In this document: piece by piece, positions 63,147 to 64,000 of the stretch
Layout of the letters: every line of letters begins with the position of its first letter
How positions within the stretch are numbered: position 1 is the stretch's first letter
Origin: a virus
IMG/VR virus record: IMGVR_UViG_3300015371_000003
Location: 32,001 to 96,000 of that record
Direction: 5' to 3' (one strand)
Length of the DNA: 64,000 nucleotides
Translations under genes and position numbers: made by a program
Notes under the pieces: generated by a model
What the model was told of the DNA's origin: nothing
The model's input: the letters and a program-made list of their open reading frames with translations, nothing else
Database searches by the model: none

Positions 63147-64000
63147 ATGGCGTTTGCACTCACAACTTCTCTGACGGCGGGCCTCGGTGCCAGTGGTGGC
63201 ACCACGGGGACGTTTGATTCAACCGGCGCGAAGCTGATCGTTGTCGGGGTGTCCTATTACAACGGGGGTGGGGGCGCACCTTCCAGCATCAGTGATAACA
63301 AGGGCAATACCTACATTCCGACCACACTCCGAGCAGCGGTGAACGTTGCCCATCGTTTTTACTATGTGCTCAATCCCACCGTAGGCACAGGGCACACGGT
63401 CACGATATCTGGGTCGAATTTCTATCCCGGTGTCGTGATTCAGGCGTTTAGTGGGAATGGGACGTTTGACGTACAGAATGGAGCCGGATTTAACGGTCCC
63501 ACTCCTCCGCAGAGTGCGGGATCGATTACGCCTACTGCGAACAATTCGCTGGTGGTGACAGGCTTCGCGTCGGATAACGTCGCAAGCCCCACGACCAGTG
63601 GATTTACCGTCACGACGCAGGCGTATGGCGCAGGCGTCAACATGACGGGCGCGTCGGGGTACGTGGTGCAGACCACGGCGACTGCCGTGAATCCGTCGTG
63701 GTCATGGTCTACCGCCCCCGCAGGCGTCAAAGATGTCGCGTTATCCGTCATCTCGTTTACGGTGGCGGCAACTATTCCGACGAGAGTCCAGACCACCGCT
63801 AAACTTCAACGGTCGAATACGAACACGGCGACGATTACGTTTGCGGGGGCACAGCCTACCGTTGGGAACGCGATTGTCATTCCCATCATTGGATGGAATT
63901 CTGGTTCCATCTCTGCCACGGATAACTACGGCAATACCTATAACTTGGCGCGGCAGACCAACAATGGCAGCGTCAACGTTCATGCGTTGTATTGCGGGCG
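63147..64000 (+). CDS. Ser/Thr/Gly-rich fibre-like protein (partial, runs off the window)
   Basis: MAFALTTTSLTAG…GGTTGTFDSTGAKLIVV…SDNKGNTY; shares a module with the 2517..6821 protein. Confidence 0.65.
   Translation, partial: MAFALTTSLTAGLGASGGTTGTFDSTGAKLIVVGVSYYNGGGGAPSSISDNKGNTYIPTTLRAAVNVAHRFYYVLNPTVGTGHTVTISGSNFYPGVVIQAFSGNGTFDVQNGAGFNGPTPPQSAGSITPTANNSLVVTGFASDNVASPTTSGFTVTTQAYGAGVNMTGASGYVVQTTATAVNPSWSWSTAPAGVKDVALSVISFTVAATIPTRVQTTAKLQRSNTNTATITFAGAQPTVGNAIVIPIIGWNSGSISATDNYGNTYNLARQTNNGSVNVHALYCG

Noticed and set aside
1-64000. tRNA/rRNA genes or alternative genetic code
   Set aside because: Intergenic gaps are short with no cloverleaf noticed by eye, and genes are intact under the standard code with all three stops in use.

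Overview
This 64-kb window is GC-rich tailed dsDNA phage (or prophage) DNA with a siphovirus-like tail module, and nearly all genes lie on the + strand. Layout from left to right: (1) fibre/virion accessory genes (1-8.2 kb); (2) a sigma70-promoter-driven early block with a truncated PPDK-like enzyme, a CsrA-like protein, two CX5R phosphatases and an L7/L12-domain protein; (3) a family A DNA polymerase with an intein; (4) portal, then a 12-kb head 'cargo' island that splits the MuF gene; (5) XkdF-like protease, scaffold, major capsid and head-tail genes; (6) a glycosyltransferase/methyltransferase cluster; (7) tail tube, frameshifted chaperones, tape measure and tail-tip genes. The strongest candidate new system is a set of about 12 copies of a peptide tag, (Y/F)xx(V/I)LK|(W/F)D-x2-4-(H)PR-x2-8-G-x-(F/W). 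The tag precedes unrelated effector-like domains (ADP-ribosyltransferase, zincin peptidases, PI3K/HipA-like kinase, Acb1-like 2H phosphoesterase, ParB/Srx). It shares a (V/I)xK| motif with scaffold, capsid and portal, which suggests protease-processed, capsid-packaged modular cargo. Also notable: an intein whose HNH endonuclease is encoded out of frame inside it; a phage CsrA-like gene together with ANGGAG hexaloop hairpins over five early ribosome-binding sites; and two HNH insertions that duplicated the start of the gene they interrupted. All family calls come from motif recognition by eye; no database searches were run.
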